The position numbers and the translations under genes were made by a program. A DNA stretch of 64,000 nucleotides, taken from Candidatus Woesearchaeota archaeon. Its GTDB lineage: Archaea > Nanobdellota > Nanobdellia > SCGC-AAA011-G17 > UBA489. The stretch spans positions 38,757-102,756 of the forward strand of contig JAGVZA010000004.1 of NCBI GenBank assembly GCA_018302985.1, written 5' to 3'. This document shows positions 1 through 9,483 of the stretch, piece after piece. The stretch's first letter is position 1. Each line of letters opens with the position of its first letter. The notes beneath the pieces were generated by a model. The model saw only the letters and a program-made list of their open reading frames with translations. It did no database searches and was not told where the DNA came from.

Positions 1-872
1 CCTTTTTGACAGATAACGACAGTTGCTCCAGATTTAATGACTTTGTTGGTTTTGTCACGAATCATTTTTTCTTCCTGCATGAGGAATCCTTCCATTTGGT
101 CTGGAGAAGAAATTTGAATTTTAGCATCAGTTTCGGTGTTTTTAATTTCTAAAGCAACATCTAGTAAAGCAATTTTAGCATTTTTTACTTTTGTTGGCAT
201 ACCAGGGTGGACACGTTCTTTGTCTAAGACAATACCTTCAATTAATTCCGCGTTTTCAATACCGCCACCTACTTTCTTTTCGATTTTGATATTGTCCATT
301 TCTATATTGTCGCCATCAGTGATTTGTTTAACTGCTCTTACTAACAGATCTGCTAGGATTTCACGAGATGCTTCTGCACCTTTACCAGTCATAGCAGTCA
401 TAGCAATTTGCTTTAATATTTCTTCATCTTTTGCTGTCACTGGCACTGCTAATCGATTGAGAATTTCCTGTGTTTTTTCTGCAGCCATATGATAGCCACG
501 AGCGATAACTGTTGGATGAATTTCTTGATCGAGTAATGCTTCAGCTTTCTTTAAAAATTCACCCGCGAGGACTACTGCTGTAGTAGTACCATCACCAACT
601 TCATTTTCTTGAGTTTTAGCAACTTCTACCAACATTTTAGCAGCTGGGTGCTCAATTTGCATTTCTTCTAGAATAGTAACTCCATCATTAGTAACAATAA
701 TATCACCTATAGAATCAACAATCATCTTGTCCATGCCTTTGGGACCTAGAGTAGTTCTTACAGTTTCAGCCACTAGCTTAGCAGCCATAATATTATTTCT
801 TTGCGCATCACGTCCTAATTGACGCGTATAGCCTTCTGGTAATATATAGATTGGTTGTTGTTGATTTGCCAT
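1..872 (-). CDS. ths: Thermosome subunit (group II chaperonin), runs off the left edge
   Basis: Manual minus-strand translation from ATG 872 gives [14 protein letters not shown]...[10 protein letters not shown]...TNDGVTIL...[11 protein letters not shown], canonical chaperonin motifs. Not in the ORF track. Confidence 0.96.
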   Translation of the reverse strand, partial: MANQQQPIYILPEGYTRQLGRDAQRNNIMAAKLVAETVRTTLGPKGMDKMIVDSIGDIIVTNDGVTILEEMQIEHPAAKMLVEVAKTQENEVGDGTTTAVVLAGEFLKKAEALLDQEIHPTVIARGYHMAAEKTQEILNRLAVPVTAKDEEILKQIAMTAMTGKGAEASREILADLLVRAVKQITDGDNIEMDNIKIEKKVGGGIENAELIEGIVLDKERVHPGMPTKVKNAKIALLDVALEIKNTETDAKIQISSPDQMEGFLMQEEKMIRDKTNKVIKSGATVVICQK

Positions 873-957
873 TATAAGCCCCCGAAATATATAGGGATTT
901 TTCTTATTTTAGCTTATAAAGTTAACGGTAAGGTCAAGCTCTCTTACTGATACTTTT

Positions 958-1716
958 TTATCTAAATGGTTTACTCTGTTTCCAAAATGCATCAAAATAA
1001 GCTTTAAAGGAATCAGCAATTTCTTTATTCACAATTTCAAGAGTTATAGGATTGGCAGAGGGAAACCCGATGACTGTGATGTCTTTATACCCCATAATCC
1101 ATGCAGGAGTATTGATTGCTGTTGGCATATATCTCGAATCACAAAGTTTGTAGCTATTTCTGTTTTTCAATATTTTTGGATCTGTATCTGGATGGAATAA
1201 TAATTTACAGGAGATTCCTGCTTTTGCTCTTCTGAGATGATCTCTTTGCCAGTAGGCGTGAAAGTGAGCTGGTTGTTCTGGAGCAATACCTAGATAAAAA
1301 AATTCATCTCCTTTCTTGAGTTTCTGATAAATATGCTCATGTACAGTAATCATTCCATTAAAACCTTCAAAGAGATTTGCTGTTTGCTGCTTTGATTTTC
1401 CTTGTTTGGAAATAAGAGTTGGTAAAAGGTTTTCAATCTTTTTTTTATTTTCTTGGAGCTTTTTCTCATTTGTTTCTATATATTCAATTAATTTATGAGG
1501 ATCTGAAGCTTGAAAGTATTTAGTTTTCTCCTTAGTAATATAAGCCACAAGTCCTTTTTGGATTAGCTTATCAAGCAATTGATAGATGATGGATTTTGCT
1601 ACGTGCGCTTTTTCAATGATGGGGCCGGTTGTAGACGATCCTAGCTCCATAAGTGCAAGATAGACTTTGGCTTCTCCTTCTGTTAGTCCTGCTTCCTGCA
1701 TTGCGTGGATGTCCAT
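958..1716 (-). CDS. TrmB-family transcriptional regulator
   Basis: N-terminal GLTEGEAKVYLALMELG winged-HTH typical of TrmB, plus a C-terminal effector-like domain. Confidence 0.9.
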   Translation of the reverse strand: MDIHAMQEAGLTEGEAKVYLALMELGSSTTGPIIEKAHVAKSIIYQLLDKLIQKGLVAYITKEKTKYFQASDPHKLIEYIETNEKKLQENKKKIENLLPTLISKQGKSKQQTANLFEGFNGMITVHEHIYQKLKKGDEFFYLGIAPEQPAHFHAYWQRDHLRRAKAGISCKLLFHPDTDPKILKNRNSYKLCDSRYMPTAINTPAWIMGYKDITVIGFPSANPITLEIVNKEIADSFKAYFDAFWKQSKPFR

Positions 1717-1792
1717 ATCATCCTACAACTAACCTATCTTCTTAAATCTTTCTTTTTGGTACACCAGTAGTGGTGAGGTAGATATTATATTC

Positions 1793-1805
1793 ACTAATTA
1801 ATAGT
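1793..1805. promoter_or_regulatory. Candidate TrmB operator ACTAATTAATAGT
   Basis: Imperfect palindrome between the divergent TrmB and methyltransferase genes; its exact reverse complement occurs at 23124-23136 in the equivalent position of a second module. Confidence 0.5.
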
Positions 1806-1852
1806 TATTACTCTACAGTAATTATATTTACTACGATTGGAGAACAAGAACA

Positions 1853-2578
1853 ATGGAAAGTGAAAAAAGATTCAAGGGTTCAATTGGAACCGAGTATGCT
1901 CTTTTTGAAAAATCTTATCCTCACTTCAGAGAGCTTCAAGATGGCGTTGCTGACGAGATTAGCAAGTATACTATTGGAAGAAAAAATGTAAGAGTATTAG
2001 AGATTGGTTGCGGGCCTGGTCCTACTAGTGATAGAATTCTTGCAAAGAATGTAGGAGTTACACTTACTGCTATTGATAATGAGCAAGTTATGATTAATCA
2101 GGCACGAGATCACCTTAAAGACTATGGCGAAAGGGTTGAACTTTTTGAAAGAGATGCTCTAGATTTTCTTAAAGAGACTTCTGATTCATCTTTTGATATT
2201 GTTGTTAGCGCTTGGACTCTTCACAATTTTGATCAGGATTATAGGAAGAATATTTTAAGGGAGATTATTAGGGTGTTAAAATCTTCAGGAGTATTCGTGA
2301 ATGCTGATAAATATGCTCAGGACGATGAGAAAAAACATTTTGAAGATTTTAATTGGTCAATAAAACAGTTTATTGAATGCATGGGTGAGGTTGGTTATCC
2401 TAAGATTTGTTATGAATGGATTTTGCATATGGTTTTAGATGAATCAAAAAACTCGCTAATGAAGGAGAAGGACTCATTAGTTCAATTACTAGAATTGGGA
2501 TTTCTTAATCCAAGGATTATTTGGAGGAAAAGGATGGAGGCTATGATAATAGCACAAAAAAGAGGGATGGGAGACTAA
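1853..2578 (+). CDS. Class I SAM-dependent methyltransferase
   Basis: VLEIGCGPG motif I, AID, FDIVVSAWTLH, LKSSG. Confidence 0.9.
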   Translation: MESEKRFKGSIGTEYALFEKSYPHFRELQDGVADEISKYTIGRKNVRVLEIGCGPGPTSDRILAKNVGVTLTAIDNEQVMINQARDHLKDYGERVELFERDALDFLKETSDSSFDIVVSAWTLHNFDQDYRKNILREIIRVLKSSGVFVNADKYAQDDEKKHFEDFNWSIKQFIECMGEVGYPKICYEWILHMVLDESKNSLMKEKDSLVQLLELGFLNPRIIWRKRMEAMIIAQKRGMGD

Positions 2579-2579
2579 C

Positions 2580-3230
2580 ATGAAAAAGATATTTAAGAAT
2601 ATTTTGACTGCAGGAACTCTAGCCCTTGTCAGTGCCTGTTCGAATTTTGGTTCACATGCTGGTTTTAATGCTGCCTATGTAGGTGTTAACTCTAAGCAGG
2701 AAGAGGGATATACTAGAGTATTTACAAACCTTGATGTAGGCAATGATTTTGCTCGAGTGCATGCTCACGGATTAAATGAGATAAGTGGTAGTGATGATAG
2801 TAAGTATTTTGGAAGAAATAGTCTCGGGATTGAATTAGGTAATGGGGGTATTGAGGCTATTGTTGAAGCTAGAGGAGATAATGCAGGTCTCTTTAGCGGT
2901 CAACCTCAGTATGGTCTTAGGGATAATATATCTCCTAAAATGCTTGGAGTTGATTATGGTTTCTTTCAAGCTACGACTAATGGCGAGGATGGCAATCTTA
3001 CTATTTTTTGTGGCAAGAATCTTGGTGGGATAGCTGAAACTCTAAAACCTTTATCTTTTGAAATATTCAACTCTTATGATTATCGAAATGATTCGACGGA
3101 TAGTAATCTCACAGAGTTTACTGTTGATTGGTCCATTAGTAAAAACTTGAGCTTTTTTATAAGACAAGATACTCATGACTTGAATTTTGATGATTCCAAC
3201 TACATTATAGGAGGTGCAATAAGGTTTTAA
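2580..3230 (+). CDS. Putative lipoprotein with beta-barrel-like sequence
   Basis: Signal peptide ending LVSAC; alternating hydrophobic beta-strand pattern; C-terminal YIIGGAIRF. Confidence 0.6.
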   Translation: MKKIFKNILTAGTLALVSACSNFGSHAGFNAAYVGVNSKQEEGYTRVFTNLDVGNDFARVHAHGLNEISGSDDSKYFGRNSLGIELGNGGIEAIVEARGDNAGLFSGQPQYGLRDNISPKMLGVDYGFFQATTNGEDGNLTIFCGKNLGGIAETLKPLSFEIFNSYDYRNDSTDSNLTEFTVDWSISKNLSFFIRQDTHDLNFDDSNYIIGGAIRF

Positions 3231-3297
3231 GTTTTTTATTTTTATCAGAGAATTTTTTAGTAGGAATGTTTATTAATCCCTCCAACTCTATCTTTTT

Positions 3298-3585
3298 ATG
3301 GGAAAACCGAGCGATACCAAGAGCATTCTTTTTTGGATTATTGGCGGAACCTTTGTCTATTATCTTTTATCACAATTGTATTTTGCTTATCTCTCTTCAG
3401 TTACTTTTTTCTCCATTATCTTTGGATGGTTTTTTTCTTTACCTAATTATGTAAATTTTATTGCAACACTGCTTGATCTAGTGACTAAAATTATCTTAGT
3501 TCTTGCAACTCCTTTGATGTATTTGATTATTGGTGGTCTTCTGGGATTGTTAGTGAGATTTTTGTATCAAAAGTATAGGAAATGA
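3298..3585 (+). CDS. Small membrane protein
   Basis: 95-aa ORF with 2-3 hydrophobic segments and a basic C-terminus. Confidence 0.55.
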   Translation: MGKPSDTKSILFWIIGGTFVYYLLSQLYFAYLSSVTFFSIIFGWFFSLPNYVNFIATLLDLVTKIILVLATPLMYLIIGGLLGLLVRFLYQKYRK

Positions 3586-3671
3586 ATTTAGGATTCTATT
3601 ATTGTTTGAACTCATTTTTTAATAGCATATGTACTCTTAGTATATAATTATGTACCAAAAGCGTATAAATT

Positions 3672-3995
3672 TTATTTTCTCTCTTTACTTAACGCAAATT
3701 GTTCATTTTCTTTTCTCTGATGTACAATCGCTCTCCATTTTTTTCTCAAACCAGCATAGCGCCTACTGAGAATCTTAATAGCAATCAGATATTTTTCTAC
3801 TGTGTAGTCTTCGGCGCACTCATTGACCAGCATTTTATACAATATAACCTCATTTTTGGTCATCATTTCCTCGTAGCTCTTTACTAAGGACTGCATATAT
3901 TCCTGTATGTCTGTTTGGAGTTCGTTGTTTTGTGCCATAATCGAGTAAATAGCAGGGAGTTTATATAGCTCTGGAGGGTCTTTGAGAAGTAACAT
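3672..3995 (-). CDS. Hypothetical protein
   Basis: ORF 3672..4109 trimmed to ATG 3995 to avoid overlap with the PLD gene. Confidence 0.6.
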   Translation of the reverse strand: MLLLKDPPELYKLPAIYSIMAQNNELQTDIQEYMQSLVKSYEEMMTKNEVILYKMLVNECAEDYTVEKYLIAIKILSRRYAGLRKKWRAIVHQRKENEQFALSKERK

Positions 3996-4015
3996 TGTTC
4001 TACAATCTCTGTCTT

Positions 4016-5080
4016 CTAATATAAACTTCTGAAACGCGCATACCAGAATTCCATCAAGCGACGCCTGAAAGAACGATGATGCCATTCCTCTTTGGTGACT
4101 TGTTTGCACTTGCTCAAATTTTTTAAGAAGATTTCTCGCAATTCTTGTGCAACTTTTTTATCTGAAGAAAATACGTTGAGCTCATAACTATGGGCAAAAC
4201 TTCGATGTGTGAGATTTGCGCTGCCTATAGTAAATTCTCTATCATCACAGACCATTGTTTTTGCATGAATCATATTAGGATACTGAAAGATTTTCACACC
4301 GCTTCTTAGAATTCTTGCAAACAAATATTGACTTCCATAATGGAGGAATCTTAAGTTTCCCTGCTTTGGAACGATGACACGAACATCTACACCTCGTCGG
4401 ACTGCTTTCTTGAGAGCAGTACGCACATCTTGCTTGGGCAGGAAATATGCGTGCGTCAAATAGATGTACTGTTTTGCATTATTGATCACTTCTAAATATT
4501 CATCACGAATAAATTGACGTGTTAAAGATGGAACTCCAGCAATAGCACGGTAAATTCCCTTTTGATGCTGCTGCCAACGCAATTGTTTTGTTAATTGGAA
4601 AGCGTTCAAATAGAGATTTCCTTGGATAATCATCAACGTCTGAAAAAATATCTCCCTGAGTTCTGGAGCTAAAGTCTTTTCTAAGCGTAAATGTGTATCT
4701 TTCCATTCCAAGAATGAACGTCCAATGTTCATGCCACCTATATAACTTATTTTACTGTCAATCAATGCTAGTTTTCGATGGTTTGCACGGAAGGAGAATT
4801 TCTTGAAATGGATGGATTTAAATTTAAATGTTTTCACACCAGAAATTTCTAACTCATTAATAAATCTGCGAGATAACTTTGTGGTGAACCCATCGTAGAC
4901 AAAACGAACATCCACTCCTTTTAATGATTTTTGAATGAGCTTCTTTTTGAGTTGATGACCTAATTTATCCTGAACAACAATGGCAAACTCCAGATAGACT
5001 GATTTGGTAGCTTTCTCTATGTCTTTTAAGAGATCGTGATAGAACTCCTTATAGCCTGTGTAGATCATCACCTTTTTCAT
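4016..5080 (-). CDS. cls: Phospholipase D family protein, cardiolipin synthase-like
   Basis: Two HKD motifs (NHRKLALID...GGMN; HAKTMVCD...GSAN). Confidence 0.85.
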   Translation of the reverse strand: MKKVMIYTGYKEFYHDLLKDIEKATKSVYLEFAIVVQDKLGHQLKKKLIQKSLKGVDVRFVYDGFTTKLSRRFINELEISGVKTFKFKSIHFKKFSFRANHRKLALIDSKISYIGGMNIGRSFLEWKDTHLRLEKTLAPELREIFFQTLMIIQGNLYLNAFQLTKQLRWQQHQKGIYRAIAGVPSLTRQFIRDEYLEVINNAKQYIYLTHAYFLPKQDVRTALKKAVRRGVDVRVIVPKQGNLRFLHYGSQYLFARILRSGVKIFQYPNMIHAKTMVCDDREFTIGSANLTHRSFAHSYELNVFSSDKKVAQELREIFLKNLSKCKQVTKEEWHHRSFRRRLMEFWYARFRSLY

Positions 5081-5143
5081 AGTCTTTTAACCTAACAAGA
5101 CTCTATGCTTTTCTACTTATATAAATATTCGCTTCATTTGCTC

Positions 5144-5827
5144 TTATAAGAAATTACCTAAATCGATATCAGGAGTATCTCTAAAACAGTCTTCTGCATA
5201 TTGACAAGAACGACACATCCATCGCTTGTCTTGATCTAAGCGTGATTCTGGCAAAGGCAATTTTCCATCGATTAATTTTTTATGCAATAACCTGAAACGC
5301 TCGATGACTTGATTGAATACATTTTCATCATAGACAACATGAAATGTTTTACTCTTGAGCGTGTTTTTTTCCAGATAGAGGAGGATACCTTCCTTGACTT
5401 TTCGAGCATGCAAATATAGTTGGAGCTGCATGATGTGACTCTCTGATGCTTCTTCCATATATCTGAGATCTTTTGTAGATTTGACTTCTACTAATGCTTC
5501 TCTGCTGCCTATCTTGACTCTGATAAGATCATCAATTCTTCCAGAAATAGTGAAGTCATCAAAAACTAACTCAAAAGGTACTTCTTTTTCCACCAACTCT
5601 ACTTCTTCGACTTTGTCTGACTTGAAAACATCAGCGACGAATTCATGCAAACGATTGCCTGCTTCGAAGACTTTTTTTAATTCTTTATCCACTGGCTTGG
5701 GATTGCGAAAAGTATACCAAGTTTTCCTCATGCACTGACCTACTTCAGAGGGATAATAACGACCTATACTTCTGATGCGTATTTCTGACTGGAGAAAACG
5801 ATCCACCATGTCATCAAAGTTAATCAT
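5144..5827 (-). CDS. Solo Cas4-like PD-(D/E)XK nuclease with four Fe-S cysteines
   Basis: PSEVGQC, GRIDD, VEVKS, QLQLY, C-terminal CxxC-x5-C; start moved to ATG 5827 downstream of a TATA-like box. Confidence 0.85.
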   Translation of the reverse strand: MINFDDMVDRFLQSEIRIRSIGRYYPSEVGQCMRKTWYTFRNPKPVDKELKKVFEAGNRLHEFVADVFKSDKVEEVELVEKEVPFELVFDDFTISGRIDDLIRVKIGSREALVEVKSTKDLRYMEEASESHIMQLQLYLHARKVKEGILLYLEKNTLKSKTFHVVYDENVFNQVIERFRLLHKKLIDGKLPLPESRLDQDKRWMCRSCQYAEDCFRDTPDIDLGNFL

Positions 5828-5950
5828 CTTGATTTCTTGACTATGATCACTTAAAAAGGTTCTGGGGGAGTTTGAGAAGTACAATCTCTCATCCCCAATA
5901 TTTATAAATTAGTACTTCTTCCTTTCTCTACAATTATTTGAGGTGAAAAC

Positions 5951-6379
5951 ATGGGTTTGTTTAGCATTGTAGATGTTAATTATTGGGCAGTTTTAGTAGC
6001 TGCTTTAGTTGCTTTTGTGATTGGAGGTTTATGGTATTCTCCGGTTCTCTTTGGCAAATTATGGATGCAATTGATGGGCATTACTCCCAAGATGATGACT
6101 GAGGCAAAGAAAAAAAGCATGACTTTGAGTTATGTTTTACAATTTATAGCTCTTCTAGTGATGGCATGCGTTGTAGCTCATTTTATCAGCCTTTTGGGAT
6201 TAACGACACTTCCAGAGATCTTACAATTAGTTTTCTGGTCTTGGTTAGGGTATCAAGCTACTTTAGAATTGAGCAGCACTTTATGGGGTTGTAAATCGTG
6301 GAGTTTATTTTTATTGAACTCAGCGCATAACCTTGTTAGTTTCGTTGCTATGGGCCTAGTCTTTTTCTGGATGCTCTAA
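5951..6379 (+). CDS. DUF1761-family membrane protein
   Basis: NYWAVLVAA...GGLWYSPVLFGKLWM signature; GAGGTGA RBS. Confidence 0.85.
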   Translation: MGLFSIVDVNYWAVLVAALVAFVIGGLWYSPVLFGKLWMQLMGITPKMMTEAKKKSMTLSYVLQFIALLVMACVVAHFISLLGLTTLPEILQLVFWSWLGYQATLELSSTLWGCKSWSLFLLNSAHNLVSFVAMGLVFFWML

Positions 6380-6461
6380 TTTTTTCTTTTTTTCTTTATT
6401 CTTTTTTAGGGACGAATTTCATTCCAACATATTTTTAAATAGTTATTTAATATAATCCACT

Positions 6462-6926
6462 ATGCAACCCGTAACCATCCCTTTACTTGTACATGATATT
6501 TCATTACTTCAAATCTATACAAGATTATTTTCACAAGAAAAGCTAGCTTTAGTTGTTCATAGATCTCCAGATACAGCATTACCCTTGCTCTTATCAACAC
6601 CTTTCCCCGTTATTTTGATGGATGTAACTTCGGTTCCAGGACTGAAATGCCTTGATGCAGGTTTAGAAGAATTTTCTGTTCGTAATGTTCATGCGCCTGA
6701 TTTCTATCACAGGCTTACCTTCTATATCTTGGATCGTTTACGATCTCCAACTTCCGCTAATAGTAAGACTCCTCTAGTTGTTAGTGGACTCTTTGGTGCT
6801 GAACATGATAACTTATCTCCCAGACTAGAGAGACGACTTCTTGAACATGGAGCGACAGCATATGTTGATATCACCCAACTAGATCATCAACTTGTACACC
6901 AAGTTATAACTTACCTCGAGAAATAA
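6462..6926 (+). CDS. Degenerate receiver (CheY-like) domain protein
   Basis: VILMD, TPLVV and GATAYV resemble receiver-domain elements. Confidence 0.5.
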   Translation: MQPVTIPLLVHDISLLQIYTRLFSQEKLALVVHRSPDTALPLLLSTPFPVILMDVTSVPGLKCLDAGLEEFSVRNVHAPDFYHRLTFYILDRLRSPTSANSKTPLVVSGLFGAEHDNLSPRLERRLLEHGATAYVDITQLDHQLVHQVITYLEK

Positions 6927-7052
6927 TTATTTGCTTATTTTTTTATTTGTTGCCCCGTGTCTATGCTTTGGTTCATAAGGACAATTAGTACATCTAGAAC
7001 CACAACAACTTCCCTGCTGGAGCAAGAATTTTTTACTTAAGGGATCAATCAT
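6927..7052 (-). CDS. 41-aa Cys-rich microprotein, DUF5522-like
   Basis: Manual translation MIDPLSKKFLLQQGSCCGSRCTNCPYEPKHRHGATNKKISK; CCGxxCxxCPY motif; TATA-like box about 25 nt upstream; stop abuts the neighbouring stop. Confidence 0.8.
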   Translation of the reverse strand: MIDPLSKKFLLQQGSCCGSRCTNCPYEPKHRHGATNKKISK

Positions 7053-7136
7053 TCTTTTTTGCTGTACATTTAGGTTATATAATTCTTATCGTCTCTTGTC
7101 CAAACCTTTTTATAGCACTACTTCCATCTCCATATT

Positions 7137-7985
7137 ATGAAGCACACACGTTCTGTTACTTTACTTTTAGTTCTTCTCTTTATTGCTGCTCAAATAGTAG
7201 GATTATATGTTGTCTCAGAATATGTAACTTTTGAGACTGTTACTGTTGGCAATATGACCTACCAAGAAGAAGTATTCAAGCCCCTACCCTATGACTTAGA
7301 ACGACCTCAATTTGCAAAAGAAACTTCTTATCTGCCTATTATTGCGATTATTCTGATTAGTACTCTCTTGGTTTTACTTATTGTCAAATTTGGAGCGCGT
7401 CTTTTATGGAAAGTTTGGTTTTTCTTATCTGTTTGGTTTTGTATGATGATTGCTTTTGGTGCATTCTTAGACAAACATTGGATTGCTCTACTTATAGCTC
7501 TTATTTTAGCACTCTTGAAAGTATTTCGCATTCATCCCTTTATCCATAATCTTACAGAACTTTTTATCTATGGAGGACTAGCTGCAGTCTTTACTCCTGT
7601 CTTAAGTCTTTTTAGCATTTCCATTTTATTAGTCATTATTTCCATCTATGATTTCATTGCTGTTCGCAAAACAAAACACATGGTTGACATGGCAGAATTC
7701 CAATCGAAAATGCAATTGTTTGCTGGACTCTTAATTCCTTATGGCAAGAAAGGAGAAAAAACTGCTATCTTAGGTGGAGGAGATATTGGATTTCCTTTAC
7801 TCTTTGCAAGTGTTGTTTTAATGGACTATTCTTTTTGGGCTGCTATGCTAGTAGTTTTAGGAGCTGCTTTAGCCTTAAGTTATTTGCTAGTAACTAGCGA
7901 GAAAAATAAATATTATCCAGCAATGCCTATTTTATCTGCCGGTTGCTTTTTGGGATTGGGATTGGCCTATTTATTCTTATTATAA
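7137..7985 (+). CDS. Presenilin/signal-peptide-peptidase-like intramembrane aspartyl protease
   Basis: Multiple TM helices; YD, GGGD and PAM (PAL-like) motifs. Confidence 0.92.
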   Translation: MKHTRSVTLLLVLLFIAAQIVGLYVVSEYVTFETVTVGNMTYQEEVFKPLPYDLERPQFAKETSYLPIIAIILISTLLVLLIVKFGARLLWKVWFFLSVWFCMMIAFGAFLDKHWIALLIALILALLKVFRIHPFIHNLTELFIYGGLAAVFTPVLSLFSISILLVIISIYDFIAVRKTKHMVDMAEFQSKMQLFAGLLIPYGKKGEKTAILGGGDIGFPLLFASVVLMDYSFWAAMLVVLGAALALSYLLVTSEKNKYYPAMPILSAGCFLGLGLAYLFLL

Positions 7986-8903
7986 TTATTGCATCCTAAT
8001 TCTTAAGAGATGTCTTTTCTTATCTTTGAATTCTGTCCTTCCATGCAACATTTCATCGTTTTTCATGATAATTATCTCTCCTCTCTGTAACAGTACTTTT
8101 CTTACCTCTTTATGTCTATTACAATATTGTTCAAAATATTCTACAGCTCTTTGCATCTCTTCATTTTCCATAGTACAGGCAAATCCCCTCATAATGGTAT
8201 CTTTTCTGAATCTTAGCAAAGGCCTTTTACTAATCACTGGACACCAGATTACTTCTGGATTATCTTCCTTTCTTTTCTTTGTATAGACTGTTGGAACACG
8301 AAATGGAAATTTATTTTTTTGCAATATTTTCAGACAAGCCCTTCCTCTTTTAGTTCTCTTTAATTGTTTGAGTATCTTTTTCCCATCTAAGAGCAAGGTA
8401 TCTCCACCACTTATTGCTTTTCTGATTACTGCGAGAAGCACATATCTTTCTGGGTGCATTTTATACTGCGTATCGGTATGCAATGTTGCCTTAACTGCGT
8501 TTTCTGAGAATGTTGTAGTGTATTCCTCGATATCTCTTGCTTTAACGTCCCAGATTACTTTCTTGTCACGAATATCAGTTGGCGTCGGCTGACCAAAAAT
8601 TCCTGCTAATGCTATGAGAAGTATCTTTCCTATTGCCTTTCCGTACTTTGTGAAGGGATATCCCTTAAGAATAATATACTTTTCCTTTATTACGCTTCTT
8701 TTCAACTCTCTAAAAAAATTAATCCCTTCTTTCCACTCTTTCTCTACACACGTCTCGATATCACGAAATACATTTTTGTTAACATCATTCTTCTTCCATT
8801 GTTGTGCAATCTTTTTTATTTGATTAAGGAATGGAGAAGGAATAATAATCCTCTTTAGTACAATTCTCTTTCCTTTTATTTGCCACTGTAGTGTTGTTGT
8901 TAC
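7986..8903 (-). CDS. TauD/TfdA (clavaminate synthase-like) Fe(II)/2-oxoglutarate dioxygenase
   Basis: LHTD, GGDT, ND..LHGR and R.L.R motifs. The frame stays open 68 codons upstream of TTG 8705, so the start is uncertain. Confidence 0.82.
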   Translation of the reverse strand, partial: VTTTLQWQIKGKRIVLKRIIIPSPFLNQIKKIAQQWKKNDVNKNVFRDIETCVEKEWKEGINFFRELKRSVIKEKYIILKGYPFTKYGKAIGKILLIALAGIFGQPTPTDIRDKKVIWDVKARDIEEYTTTFSENAVKATLHTDTQYKMHPERYVLLAVIRKAISGGDTLLLDGKKILKQLKRTKRGRACLKILQKNKFPFRVPTVYTKKRKEDNPEVIWCPVISKRPLLRFRKDTIMRGFACTMENEEMQRAVEYFEQYCNRHKEVRKVLLQRGEIIIMKNDEMLHGRTEFKDKKRHLLRIRMQ

Positions 8904-8972
8904 TTTACTTCACCCTATGAGGTTATAAAAAACTTCTATTTAAAGAATATGTTTCTTGTAGTTTATCTTTTA

Positions 8973-9200
8973 TTACTCTAATCTTGTAAGAGGTATTCTT
9001 TCTTGACAACCTCTGTCCTGTACTTCTTTTTCTTGATACTCTGGACTTTTCTTTTTTAGGCTTCTCAGGAGATCATCATCAAAATCTGGACCTACAAATA
9101 CTGCACCACTTCCTTGATAAGGAAATATCAGATATTCTTTAATTTGTGGCAGTGCTTTTAAGTTCTTTCTTTTGCTTTGATATGGATCGTTATTGTTCAT
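8973..9200 (-). CDS. Hypothetical protein
   Basis: 75-aa ORF co-oriented with neighbours. Confidence 0.5.
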   Translation of the reverse strand: MNNNDPYQSKRKNLKALPQIKEYLIFPYQGSGAVFVGPDFDDDLLRSLKKKSPEYQEKEVQDRGCQERIPLTRLE

Positions 9201-9247
9201 TTTTAGTCTTCTCAGAAATCATTCTCTTCAACTACTGCTTGGTTTAC

Positions 9248-9367
9248 TTAAGCAACAGTCAAAATTTCAAATTGTTTACTTTGACACATACATTCAACAC
9301 AGTCAGGAACTTCTGGCTGATCTAGGGTGAATATAGCGCCACAGTCTTTGCATTCAGCTTGGTACAT
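9248..9367 (-). CDS. 39-aa zinc-ribbon microprotein
   Basis: Manual translation MYQAECKDCGAIFTLDQPEVPDCVECMCQSKQFEILTVA; CxxC...CxxCxC; RBS-like AGGTTGA upstream. Confidence 0.75.
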   Translation of the reverse strand: MYQAECKDCGAIFTLDQPEVPDCVECMCQSKQFEILTVA

Positions 9368-9483
9368 TGTTTCTCAACCTATAGATTATATAATGTATAT
9401 ACTTTTAAGTGATGAACTTCTATATAAATGTTGGCTTTTTTGAAAGGTGCACCTAAGCTGTTAGATTGACTAGAATTAGAGGC

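Noticed and set aside
136-492. 118-aa plus-strand ORF
   Set aside because: Antisense shadow of the thermosome gene; the same applies to most short nested ORFs in the track
3627-3657. TAGTATAT-like motifs also near 11690 and 27995 as a shared regulon site
   Set aside because: Too short and AT-rich to separate from background without statistics
5144-5884. CRISPR-Cas locus suggested by Cas4
   Set aside because: No repeat-spacer array and no other cas genes were seen in the window
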